Below, one piece after another: positions 21,361-33,600 of a stretch of 64,000 bases of DNA. The DNA is taken from positions 213,695-277,694 of the forward strand of contig NMRA01000453.1 in assembly GCA_002633005.1 (NCBI GenBank), given 5' to 3'. Below the pieces are notes generated by a model. The model saw only the letters and a program-made list of their open reading frames with translations. It had not been told where the DNA came from and ran no database searches. Source of the stretch: Phoronis australis (Eukaryota; Animalia; Phoronida). Every line of letters starts with the position of its first letter. Position 1 is the first letter of the stretch. The translations under genes were made by a program, and so were the position numbers.

Positions 21361-21611
21361 GTCAATAAAGAGGAACAGTAACATAGCAACAGCGGGTTGC
21401 TATAATAAAGCGCTTATTTGTGATTGGTCGATTCCTACGAGACTTCTTCAAATATCGCGGTAATGCTAGAGACTTTATAACCAGGTCACAGGTCACAACT
21501 TGGCCAAGTGGCAAGGGATGGTTGTGCTCTGCAGTCGCTGTGAAATGCAACCGGGTAATTGTTAGTTGAGCTTTTATTTTGCCTAAGACAAGAGCGCGTA
21601 GCAGAGAAGCA
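21355..21611. promoter_or_regulatory. Bidirectional promoter shared by TEKT1 (-) and SLC25A1 (+)
   Basis: CpG-rich. Forkhead-type GTCAATA at 21361-21367; X-box-like GTAACATAGCAAC at 21378-21390 and half-site GTTGCTAT at 21396-21403; ATTGG (CCAAT box) at 21423-21427; DR1 AGGTCA-C-AGGTCA at 21483-21495. Confidence 0.7.
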
Positions 21612-24600
21612 ATGGACCGACCAAACTCTGCATTCGGTAGTCCGTTTTATCGACCTACGTCTTCGTGCATGGCAGCAGCAGCAAGTGGATCATTTTCCAT
21701 TATGCCATCGCAAAAAAGTTTGAAAGGAGTCATTGCAGGTAAGTTTGCGAAATGATTGGGAAAGCATTCATGCTTTTAGACATCAAATTAACGATAATGT
21801 GCTGTGAATAATTTTTATACATGTTGCGAAGGCCTACAGGTTACTTGTTGTACCCCTGTGTTGAATTGTTGCGCTTGCGTCATACTGAAACGAAACAAAA
21901 TTTTCCATCTCATGAAATGCAATAAAAATTAAAATTCATCGCAACAAATCGGTACGTTTTAAACATGAATAGTATAATGGTAGATGATTTCATCTGACAT
22001 TTTCTTTGTGAGACGATTTTAAAGAGATTCTTTATAATACTTAGTTTGGAAGATTTGCCTTGACACCACGCCACTATGCTCAGAACTAAAAGTTGTTTGT
22101 CAGTCGATGGTTCGACAGTACACACCTCCGAAATACTGAAGACTGATTGGATAATAACTAGGTCACCCAACTTCAGCCCATGAAGTAAACACGCCTAGTA
22201 AACGGGTGCTAAATTATAAATCCATCTTGTTCCGTGAATTTTAAGTAGTACACTTTTAAATCTCATGAACCGTGTCTACACGTCATCTTATGGAATCTCC
22301 AAAATTTATCAGATCAGAATTTATCAGATTTACAGACTTCAGCTATCACCTGATTAAATGAGGGTCCAAACTTCAATCTTTCACTTCAGGGCTGAAGATA
22401 AGACACTGCCTCTACTACAAACGTGTTCCTGTCTCTCATAAACTTTTTACATGTGCAACATTTAGCGAGCTGACTATAGGTATGACCGGTGACATATTTC
22501 GATTTAAAAATAGATCGCACACTCGTTCTTCCCGATGTCGTCCACGACTTAATCCTGAGAAGAAAACCAGCTGTCAGTGTCAAGTCTCAGCAATATTGGA
22601 CACAACAAATTATGCACTGAAAATAGGTTTGATGTTTGTAACAGTAGGAGAGGTTCATGCAATATGGTAATACTGAATTTAAATCTTGAGTTCATATAGC
22701 CAGCTAGCTACATATGAAGACTAAGTATACAGCTTTGCACCAAGACTAGAGTTCATATGGCATGTTGAGACAGCTCAATTCAGTTCTGCTTTACCCCCCC
22801 CCCCCTGATTAGTTTAATCCCATCGAACTGGCTCATACCACATCGAGAGTGTAAAAAGTTATTGAGAAACTGGATCGCTTTTGGGTCTAATCTGACCATA
22901 GAGACAGTGAAGTTCCTATAGGAGCTTCATATGCCGGACTTTTTTCGCCAAATTATGCCTCAACTGGATTAAAACATAAAAGTCACATTGTTATAAGTAC
23001 TTTTTGCGCATAGAGGGACACCTTAGGAGACCGTTGATGTCTTTGATTCCTTCCAACTCAAACAAATTCTTCCATAATCAAACTTTTTTCGAACAGTCCT
23101 TTGTTCAGTAGTCCAAATTAGCAACATACCATTTTACTTGCACGCACCAGGGGATGACGTCGAGACGGTGGCACTGTCTTGACTGAAGATTAGACCAGCT
23201 TGTAGACAGTACCTGACCTTTTAAACTTGCAATAATTTTGTACCACATTGAGTAAATTCGGAAACGAGAATCTCATGAAAATGAAGGATCATTGCAAGAT
23301 ATCGTCATGTATTACACAAACAAAGCCTATGATCACGCTGACCGTCCTTCTCCCCATTGTTGAGTATAGAGAACTCTTCCCTGCTAATCACGGGATACAA
23401 TTTTCAATCCTGTGTTGTTACTGAACATTTTTTTTCTGCGTCTTATTGAGGGCCTGAACAAAACCAGTAAAACAATCTTATAGTATTCATTCAACCTTAC
23501 GGTAGATGTATTCTTTCTTGTAATGTTGTAAGGTATGTCCAACAAAGATGAGATAATTTTGATGCATTTGCAACAATCTTTTGTTATTACTAGTGAAATA
23601 GAAAATATCACTTTTGGGCGTCGCTTTTTGTGTGAAATGAAGAATCATTTCTGTAATCACTTCGCCCACTCCATGTTGTTATTGAAACAAGAAAGTTTGG
23701 TTAAAAGTAGTTTGTATATTCTCAAGTTCTACTAAAAGTTGGTGCTGACATAGTCTGTCAGACACTTTGTCAATCGTCATGTAATCATAATGGTCACATT
23801 TTATTAATATCTTGCCGCACAACAGTCATTTGGCTGTTGCTGTCAACAAGGTTAACAGAAGCTGTACATGGTTTAAGAATGATTGTGCGAAATTCATCCA
23901 ACAAACTACAGTAACATGTATGCATCAGTTGGTGATACAGCTTGATATTAAAGGCTTAATAAGTTTCTTGAGTCTGCAGGAGGCAATCAAACAGACCATC
24001 AGGCATTACAACACAGTGAAGGATTAAATATACAAAGCCAGAACCATTAGAGATTGATTTTTTCATATCTCTGTTAACAGGATAATTAAACTAGGTAACC
24101 AATTTACGGGTTGCTTATGATCCGATTTCATTTGCATGATGTAACTTGGACTGTTTTACTTCCCGGGGATAACACTCGTGCTTGGCTTATCACTCACCCC
24201 AGAAATTTCTCCATTTTCAGTGTTAAGCGCCCATACTCAACTTACCGACCACCCTCCAATTCCCAATTCATATGCTGAAAACTTTCTGAAAAGTGCCTTT
24301 GTCTCTATGAACTCATGGCTCGTCACAATTCTATCTCCTGACATCTCACAATCACTCAGATTAAGCAGAACCTTGTCTGCAGCTCTTCACTGAAGGAGAT
24401 AAATTATGCAATGGATCTTTTGGCTCAGAACATTTTAATGTTATTTTACTCATTGATCGTGCGCGTAAGCAAATTGGTTTAGTCCTTTGCTATGCTGTTT
24501 TTCTTAACTCTTCTACATGAAGTCTGATGTCTGTGTAGCTTCCTCGGCAAAAATAGTTATTACTCCTTTTCATACTAACGTCGATGTATTGATGTTTTGA

Positions 24601-27600
24601 GAGTTACGGTCAGTGACTGAAAGGTTAGTTTCGGTCCTGGGTTGAAGTTAACAGTGCCAGTTTACTTCGCAGTTCACAGTCGATTTAACAGGGGAGTGTC
24701 GACACTATGGTTCAGCATGAAGGGTCAACTTCGGTCCCATCAAAGTTATTGCTAGGGGCCACTAACTTTTTTCATTTTATTGTTGACTTCTAAAGGTCCT
24801 GGATTGAATTTAACAGCACCAGTTAACTAATTGCAGGAAGATGTAACAGCGAAGCTTCAATGTTGCGATGCAGTATCAGTAATTTACCCTTCAGTCTTAT
24901 CAAAGTTATCGGCATTCGGCAGGGGCCATTGCCATCTAACCATCAACAGAGTTGGCAAATCATATTTGCTAATAGTCAGCTCAAGTAATGTCCAGTCGAA
25001 TAAAAAAGTCAGTTGTACGTCATTAATTCTATTTAAAAGTTCTCAACTTACCACCTGAAAAAAATTTTAATGCTTTAGGGTTGTCCACACTCTACAAAGA
25101 CGTATGGTGAAGGTTTCTGATGCAACAGTGCTACCTTGATAATGATTTGCTTCGTTCCTCAACCTACCTAGCGATTGCAGGTTCTCAGGACTCATACAGT
25201 CACCTCACTGATAACACCTGAGACCAACTGAATCCCCAAAATGAAAATACTTCATAATGCAATGAAGGCATAAGTGGGTATTGTGAGCCAAAAAGAACTC
25301 TAGTGTGGTTTTGTTTATGGTGTATCAGGAGGGGTTCATCACTTACAGAGGTCTTGTATTTAAGAACCAGTTTTATCCACGGAATAACAGACTTCAAACT
25401 GGTTCTCAAAATCAAGAACCCTTGTAAGTGACTGATGTCAGATTACATAACCTCAGGTTTCTCCTATACTTCTGTGGTTATGGGAGTCTATAGATCTCTG
25501 CTTTAAGGGCTTTCATGCTAACATCGACATGTCAATGTTTTGGAGAGTTGTGTTCAGTATGAATGGTTAACTTCGGTCCTTGATCGAAGTTAACAGCCAG
25601 TTAGTTTCCCAGTAAACAGGTGGATTTAACAGCACAGCGTAGNAAAATCTGTATTAAATTCAGTTCACTATAAAAAAATTCGATGCCATGGCAAAGGCTA
25701 TTATTTGGGCTTAGGTTTCGAATAAAAGTGTTTGCGTAAAGATCCGTTTCATGAAGTTTTTAACAAAAATGAAGCGGAAATAGTGCCTTTAAGGGCTTTC
25801 ATGCTAACATAGACATGCCAATGTTTTGGAGAGTTGTGTTCAGTATGAACGGTTAACTTCGGTCCTTGATCGAAGTTAACAGCCAGTTAGTTTCCCAGTA
25901 AACAGGTGGATTTAACAGCACAGCGTAGATGCTGTGGTGCAGTATGAACGGTCAACTTCGGTCCCATCGAAGTTACTGCCTGGAGCCACTGTCATTGTCA
26001 GCAATTGAAGGGCAGTGTCATCGCTAATAGTTGCTTATATTTTCTGTGAATAATCACCAATTGAATTAGAATTAAGTTTTATGTCAGCATCAGTAAATGT
26101 TCCCAAATTTTCGTGCATCAAAAAAATCTTAACGTGCACACGATGCAACAGGAGCTCAGCGCTACCTCACGATTACTTCGATGACAACATTGTGACCTAC
26201 TGTTTACTTTGATGTCTGTTAACTACCAAAGCTGGTATGAACGCAGTTTTCGTCCACACTACGCTTAGAACAGAGTTACCGGTAAGTCAGCATGAAAGGT
26301 CTGTCTAAGTACTTGAAGTCCTTGTGTGCACAAATTTGTTTTAAAGTACATTATTTTTCACATATGTCATAGAGCCATGCACTACAGAACGAGGAAATCA
26401 CATTTTCAACTGTATCCTTAAAGCCATACACTCCTGGATGAGGAAATACTGTGGACTAAAGCACATTTAAAGAACAAATAAGTGTGCTGCATTCCTGTTT
26501 TCAAAGTACATAGGGAAATGATTCTGAACAATGCTATTGACGTGAAGTGTTTCTGAGAAGAGTACTGTGAAGGGGTGACACTCCTCTGTTTACTGGACTG
26601 TAACTCGATAACATCCAAGTAGAAATATCATCTGTCCTAGTATTGAATTTTTCTTCAAACAAATTAATTTGTGTCTATTACTTGATTTTGTTAGTTCAGA
26701 CTGGCATCTTACTGAGAATTGCAATGACGAGAGTTTGCCGTGTTTTAAAATTAAATCAGTTTTCTTGATAATTGGGGTTTTTTATTGGAATTTAAACCCT
26801 CATTCATATGCCTGTTTGTTTTCATTTGTTAGTTTTTAGTTGTAGTGACCACTTAGATCAAAGATGGCCAACTTCACAGTCAGTAAGAAATAACCATAGA
26901 AAATGAGAAGTGTTCACTTATATCTTAATTCATGACCTGAATGATAAAAATTCTACCAAGTTGTCATTGTACACATTGTAGTTGCCAACAAAAATGAAAA
27001 TAAAAAGTGGCACATCAGAGTGTACACTCCAAAGGGCTTAGTGCCCGCCATAACAACCATGGTGATAGGGTTTTTTAGTCTACGCTAGTCGTGAATTTGA
27101 TTTACTTAATATGGAAGAATATCATGAAAACTAGTGAGATTTTACCTTAGATGTTGCAGGTAACCTTAAGTTTGTGGTTTCATTTGCCAGTCATTGGTGC
27201 TATTGCTTTCCAATTCACCCCAAGTTAGTGTCTCACATTATGGCGTTTTCCCTGTTGCTCCCAACTTGTTTGATTCTATAGCCCAACAACAAGTTAGGAA
27301 GATGACCCCTGTAGCCAATATCTTACATGACTGATTAACTCCATTCTGGCATTTATGATTGGAGGGCCAGATCTTTTGTTTGATAATTGCTCTAATCTCC
27401 TATAAGATTGGATGTAGCCTGACTGGGCTGTGCTGTTAAAAATAAAATTTAAGTTTTAACATATTTGAAGTTAAACCAATAGCATTTCTGAAATCCTTGT
27501 CAAGGTGATCATGTTTAGTTTTTGAATCGCAAAAATCGCCCAACTACAACCGAAGTTACGACAATTTATTCTTTCCGAACATACACCAGTTCGCTCTGGG

Positions 27601-30600
27601 TTTGACTGAGTTCACATGTGGTCTGTAATAAGGCTGGTAGATAATTGGCCTGCCTGTTTTCATACCAGACAAAAGACTGTGCTTGGCAGTTAACAAAGAA
27701 ACTAGATATCACACACTCAGCACCCCCTATCTCTGCTAATGTCACTGAACCGGGAAAATGCTGTCATGAGTGTGGCATTATTTCTAACGAAATTTGTCAG
27801 CAGAGACATACATCTACCTGCAACTGCCATGTTTTCACACTGTATACATTGGTTATAATCTCTTGCTAAACCTCTTCCTGAGGGTTATAACCATAGGACA
27901 CCACAGTTGAACTTAGTTAAGCATGACATGCTCTCCCATTAAAAGTTCATACTTTGGGCTGTTACAAGATCACTCTACGTATAAAATCATAGTTGCCCCA
28001 TTCTGTTGCTCACTGAACAGGCGGGTTAGGGGTTGCCACACATCAACATATGAACAGCAGTTCTTAGGTGCTTGTTATTGCTCTTTTCTTCTGTTGTAGT
28101 TTATCGGTTTTTGTTATTCAAACAATGAAAAAGCTCAATTTTCTAACAATAGCAGTCAGTATGAGTGGAGTGTCCGTGTAAACTGTGTAGTTGAACTGTT
28201 CATGCTTGCTGTAGTTAATGAAATGGAAGTAAATGCTAAGACACTCCTTTGCTGTTTGAAGTAATGGTAAGGTAGCTGATGCACTAAGATCATTTTTTAA
28301 TGTGACAAGTTCAGAACATATTTACTGCACATGATAATTGACCTAAAACTGTTTTTCTAATCAGACTGTTGATTATTTAAGCAAAATGTTAGCAAATATC
28401 AGTGACAACACTTAGCTCTTTGCTGACAATAGGTGTAATTAACCCAGGTTAGCCATCACCGTTCCCTTAATCCCAAACAAGAGAAGCTCATCATATGTGC
28501 TCCTAGAGCTGTGGTGTAAGTTCTTATTGTAATCCAAACTACAGTGAAGCATAAGTTGGGGTTGGGAAGTTAGTTGTAGCTGTTAATGATCAAAAGTCAC
28601 CAGGGATGTTACTGTGGAGAAATGGATCTATAACAGGGGTTGAACCACGATTTCAAAAATAAGGCATCCGAAATAGGTTTCCCAATTTTTCAGAGTGTCC
28701 ATGACCATTGACATGTGACTACGTTTTATGACCTCAAGTTAAATTGCTGTTAGAGTGTCATATGTTGCAGAGGCGACATGATTCTGCAGAAATTTTTCGT
28801 GTCTTACATAATTTCTAAATCTACTTTTTATTTCGGACAGGCTCAGAGCTGCTGCTAGCATGTGTAAAAAGGCACGCATGCTGCTAGCATGTGTAAAGAG
28901 GCACGCATGCTGCTGGCATGTGTAAAAAGGCATGCATGCTGCTAGCATGTGTAAAGAACACACGCATGCTGCTAGCATGTGTAAAAAGGCATGCATGCTG
29001 CTAGCATGTCTAAAGAGGCATGCATGCTGCTAGCATGTGTAAAGAACACACGCATGCTGCTAGCATGTGTAAAGAGCCCCATATGCTGCTAGCATGTGTA
29101 AGGAGGCACGCATGCTTTCTAGCTTACTTTACTTTGGTGTACAAATGCTCAACAGGGCGTCCTAGCTAGGGTATCTAAATTTTAGTTAGTGTGTTCATGT
29201 CGTGCACTGGACATGTATTTTTTGTACCCTCTAGCTTGGCCTGGTCTGTAGTGAACTAAAGTGGATGTTGTCATGACTAACTTTTATATTTTGGACACGC
29301 CAATGAACCCCCAGAGCTGCTGTAGAGAGTTAAACAGTGCTTGATTGTTTACTAGATCATCCAAATGCTGTCTTAGGGTGTCTTAATGTGGGTCATGGTG
29401 CCCATTTAGATGCCCTGGATGCTCACTAGATGAAGGCCAGTGGTTAGTGGTTACCCCCTGATGTTGGGGGAGGAGCAGGTGCTATACCTGAAGTATTGAT
29501 TGGTTTAGCTCCCAGGCAGCAGATTTCAGACTTCATGTGCAAGAGTTGAATAAAAATTGGCAGATCATTTGACAGATCATGTATGCGGTTTTCTTCAGTA
29601 TGTTTTTGTACAAATGTGATTGTTCCCCCATGACCATTATTGGTTTACATTAAGGTAACTGGTGGGCTAGGTTGCCATCAGGAAGATTGACATTTTCAAA
29701 GGTGAAATGTCCACATAAGCCCAGCTAGGAAACGGCATGCCAGCAATGGTTGTGCTTTTTTGGTAGCATCTCAGTACTTCACTTTAGTATAAGGTTACTG
29801 CCACCTCTCCCCCAAATCCTCATATGAAGGTCTCCCTCTCTCTGCAAGTGATTAATTTGTTGTCATTTTTATTGGATGTTAGTCTGGATTGATATTTCTT
29901 CTGAATTCTGGTGTTAATTCCCCACAAATGTTTGACCTGCCATTGCTGAGGTATTCTTGACTATCAAATCAGAAATATAATGCAATAGTCTATTTCCGTC
30001 AATTCCCAGATGCCTTTTGTTTCAATTGATGGTTGCTACTGAATGCAGATGTTCTCTATTGATCATGACTTGACATTTCAATTTGGAGGTCACAGTGATT
30101 TTGCATTCTGGAGAATAGTACTTCTATGGCATAGAGGTACTGAATGTGCATGTCTGTAATTAGGGTAAAAAGAATTCAATATTGTAAGAATTGTAAATTA
30201 CAAATGCAGGTGATCACACTAACTTTACTCGCCATTGTTTTGGTCTACGGAACATTTCCCACATTTGTTAGTTCTGGTGAACACCATACCCAAGTTTAAA
30301 TGTTTTTGTTTTTAAATGCCTCTGCTTTGTCTTAATTTCAAGATTTGTGGCTTTTCCCAGTTTAAATGGTCTTGATATTTTTAAACGTTGAGCAACTTTG
30401 GCGTATGCTAGTGCCGCGGTAGACAGGCACTTGCACTAATGGAGTGTCATGTAAATAAGGTATCCATCCTGAGTAGCCTCATTTTGTTCAAGCTGAACCC
30501 GTAATTTTTTGATGCTATGCCTTTGAGCATGTCACGCTGTCTCCTGAGTTTTGTCCTAGTGAGCTAAGCTGTAACAAATGTGTGCATAAGAATAATTGAA

Positions 30601-33600
30601 GTGGATGTAACATTATAGTACACCTTTTTAACTCTACTTTATACCTTTGTTAAAACAGTGTGTTAACTCATCAAGTCTGGCTGCAAAAACACCTGCCTGA
30701 TATTCCCATTGGCATGAATTCTGTGCTCAATCAATTTTGCTATTGATCCTTCAGCCAATCAAATTCAACCTCTCTCTTGGGTGTGTTTGTCGTGTATATA
30801 TGGTAGAGAGGAACTAGCGAAACTGAATTTCTTGCCGGTTGGTAATTGCATTTTGCAATCACTGCAGCCTTTTGTAACATAGCATGGTCACACATTTACC
30901 TCTGAGTCAATGCTTGTTACGTTTAGAGAATATAATAATTTTGCTTTCATTCATAGCTTCAAAGTGAAATTTGATTCCCAGGGCTCAATAGGTGTATGTG
31001 AACAATTATAAATGGGCGCAAAGTCAAGTGGTAAAATTGAACAGTACCTGCAAATACCGTTCAGTGATACATTCACGATTTATTCGCCCAAAATAAATGG
31101 GTCATGGACTCACATTCACGTAGAAACATGGCACATTTTTTATTTTTATTAAACTTGTTATTCGTTCTACAGTTTATTGGTGTCCAAAATCACTTTGTAA
31201 CATCAATTCTCAATTTTGACAGTAACTCCCGTTATCTTCTGCTTTCTTCTCAAATTGACATGGACCATTCAAACTCCTTAAAAAGACCCTCTGTTTCAAA
31301 TCCCTTTCTGTGTAGTAATACTCACTATTCTGCACTACTTAACTGGGAAGCCATGTACTCGGCATGCTTTTTCGGTGTGAACCACGTTTGGCAGTCCGTG
31401 TGTCCTGTTTGTGAGTCCGTGACTATATATTATGGGTGAACGAATTGAGTTTTGAGTCAGTACGATCCCGTGTATGTATGTGAGCCAGTGAACGGTGTAG
31501 CAGTCTGTTCACCATGTAGTTTGGGGACCTTGTCACAGCCAAAACAAAAAAAATATTCTTTTTGTTTTAAATCAAAAAAGCAGTTGCTTCAAGTGCTATT
31601 TAAGCGGGTCAGAAGTAAAATCAAGCAGGTCGCGGCAACCTGTTCAAGCAGGTCACGGAGAACACTGAAATTATTTGCTATTCACGTGTAGTCAGGGTGA
31701 GTTAAAATGTTATAGAATGCCTAACCTTTATTACATTCCTTAGTAGCTGTTTGCTATGCCTTTTCTGCTTGACAAAACTACTGTTTTTTTAAAGCTAACA
31801 CTAAACGCAGAGTTTGATTTTGTAACTTTAAATCAGAACATAGTTGTGGCCGGTGGGAGCATTTTTTCAAGTGCATTATGGGTAATAACGAGCTTTGGAC
31901 TTGAGGGGAACTGAGAGTCGGTTAAAATATTGCTTTTGACTGGCGTGCGTTCAGTAACGCTAGGACAGGTCTATGCTGGGACGTAGCTAAAAGCTAGCCA
32001 AAGTCACGTGTTATTTAAAATATACGGCAATCTCGAGAAGTCTTGCATTTTAGCGAGGCCCTAGAGTTACTGAATGGTAGGCGGGTCTTGAAGTTGCTTG
32101 CCACAGTGAGGGTTACCGTACTCGTCCGGGTTACCGCCCATGCCCGACTTACCGTCAACCCGGTTTTTTAGATTCCCAATTTAAGCGCTGGATGCACATA
32201 ATTTGCAGCGTTCCCATGTATTTCAGAATCCTGTTGTGTGCAATGTAGAATTCAAGCAATAGTGCAGTCTTGAAAAAGCCCTCTTTGTCAGACAGCTGTG
32301 ACTAAGATGACATGTTTTCCTAATTGAATACACACTGTATCATAAAGCTGCAGTTATTGCCATTGGTTTAGAACAGTCAAGCTTGGAATAATATAATTGA
32401 ATAAACAAATCTTGAATTCATCAATAATTTTCCTAGTGTTAACTGGAATATTTAATGGAGCTCCCCCTTCAAATTTTCATACCATTGCAGAAACTTTTCA
32501 AAAGTGGAATTTTGCCTAAAAAATAATTTGTATTATTTCAGGCAATTTTCACATGGGAATACTACTGGCATATTGTGCTATTGTCAATATGCACCTCTTC
32601 ATAACATTCATGCCAGCATGTAAACCAACCCTGTTTTGTATCTGTGGCAACGGGGTCAGGCATTAAAACTATGTAATTCTTATATTAGGGCGTTACCGTA
32701 AACTCGCGGGTTAATGCCCTGGGCGCTTCCAATCCTTTAAAAGAAATTGATGGTAACTGTATGTGGACGAAAAGTGTCTACAGAGAAAATACTCGCGCAA
32801 TGGGTCCCCTAAATCGAAATATCTCGATCAGTTACAAGCTGGTTACTGAGAAAAGAAGTCTCAACGAGGCCACCATTTGTCCTCGACTTCTGGCATTCTC
32901 CTGTCAATCAAAATGTTGCTCCTCCTTGCCTGTATTGCTCCATTTGATCAACAATTACTATCTTGTAGATTAGACATTAAGGGTGTTCATTGTATTTTGT
33001 TACTCTTACCAGACATTACTTAGATTCAATAGACTGTTTTGTAAGTGTCTTCTGCCTTTGACATGGTAAACTCATTCTTACTAATAGTCTGCTTGAGATG
33101 CACAGATATAGATGGAATGAGAGCAAACTGTTTGTTTAGGTTGACTCCTTGTTCTTGAGACTGAGAGACCTGACACCTTGTGGGCATTGAAATTAAGTTT
33201 TCCCATTGTGGCGTAGCATCGGGCTTCACTGTTAAACTTGTCCACCTCTCTACTCCGGGGTTAGCTCACACTATTAACTTTGATTCAAGACCAGCGTTTG
33301 TGTTCCTAATGTAACACCGAAGCTTCCGAGCCTGTGGGAAATGCCTTTTAATCATGGACCTTTCTTTGCAACTATCATATATTTGTTAGTGACAACTCGT
33401 ATTGTCTAGTTCATGAAAATTGGAACAAAAATTAATTTTGCTTGACAAACCTTGTTTCATGGTACAAGGTACTACATGTATTAAATGTTGCCATAATAAT
33501 TATGTGCAAAAATGTCCACTTAAGTCGTGACATTGTGATAAAATGTATTAAAGAGGCTGCACTGGTTCTGTTTGAGTAGATAGATGAATGTCCATAAAGT

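Noticed and set aside
25501-25642. Genuine recent tandem duplication
   Set aside because: The copy ends exactly at an assembly N and is ~98% identical to the next copy, so a haplotype or assembly overlap is more likely.
28851-29123. CRISPR-like appearance (palindromic repeats with variable intervening bases)
   Set aside because: The variable parts are only ~8 nt and are related to one another, there are no cas genes, and the context is a eukaryotic intron. It is a minisatellite.
31990-32085. Alternative SLC25A1 promoter/first coding exon (E-box GTCACGTG, TATTTAAA, ATG|GTAGG)
   Set aside because: The ATG|GT junction is phase 0 whereas exon 2 needs phase 1, and the neighbouring sequence looks like MITE ends (TACCGTA...). 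Support is insufficient.
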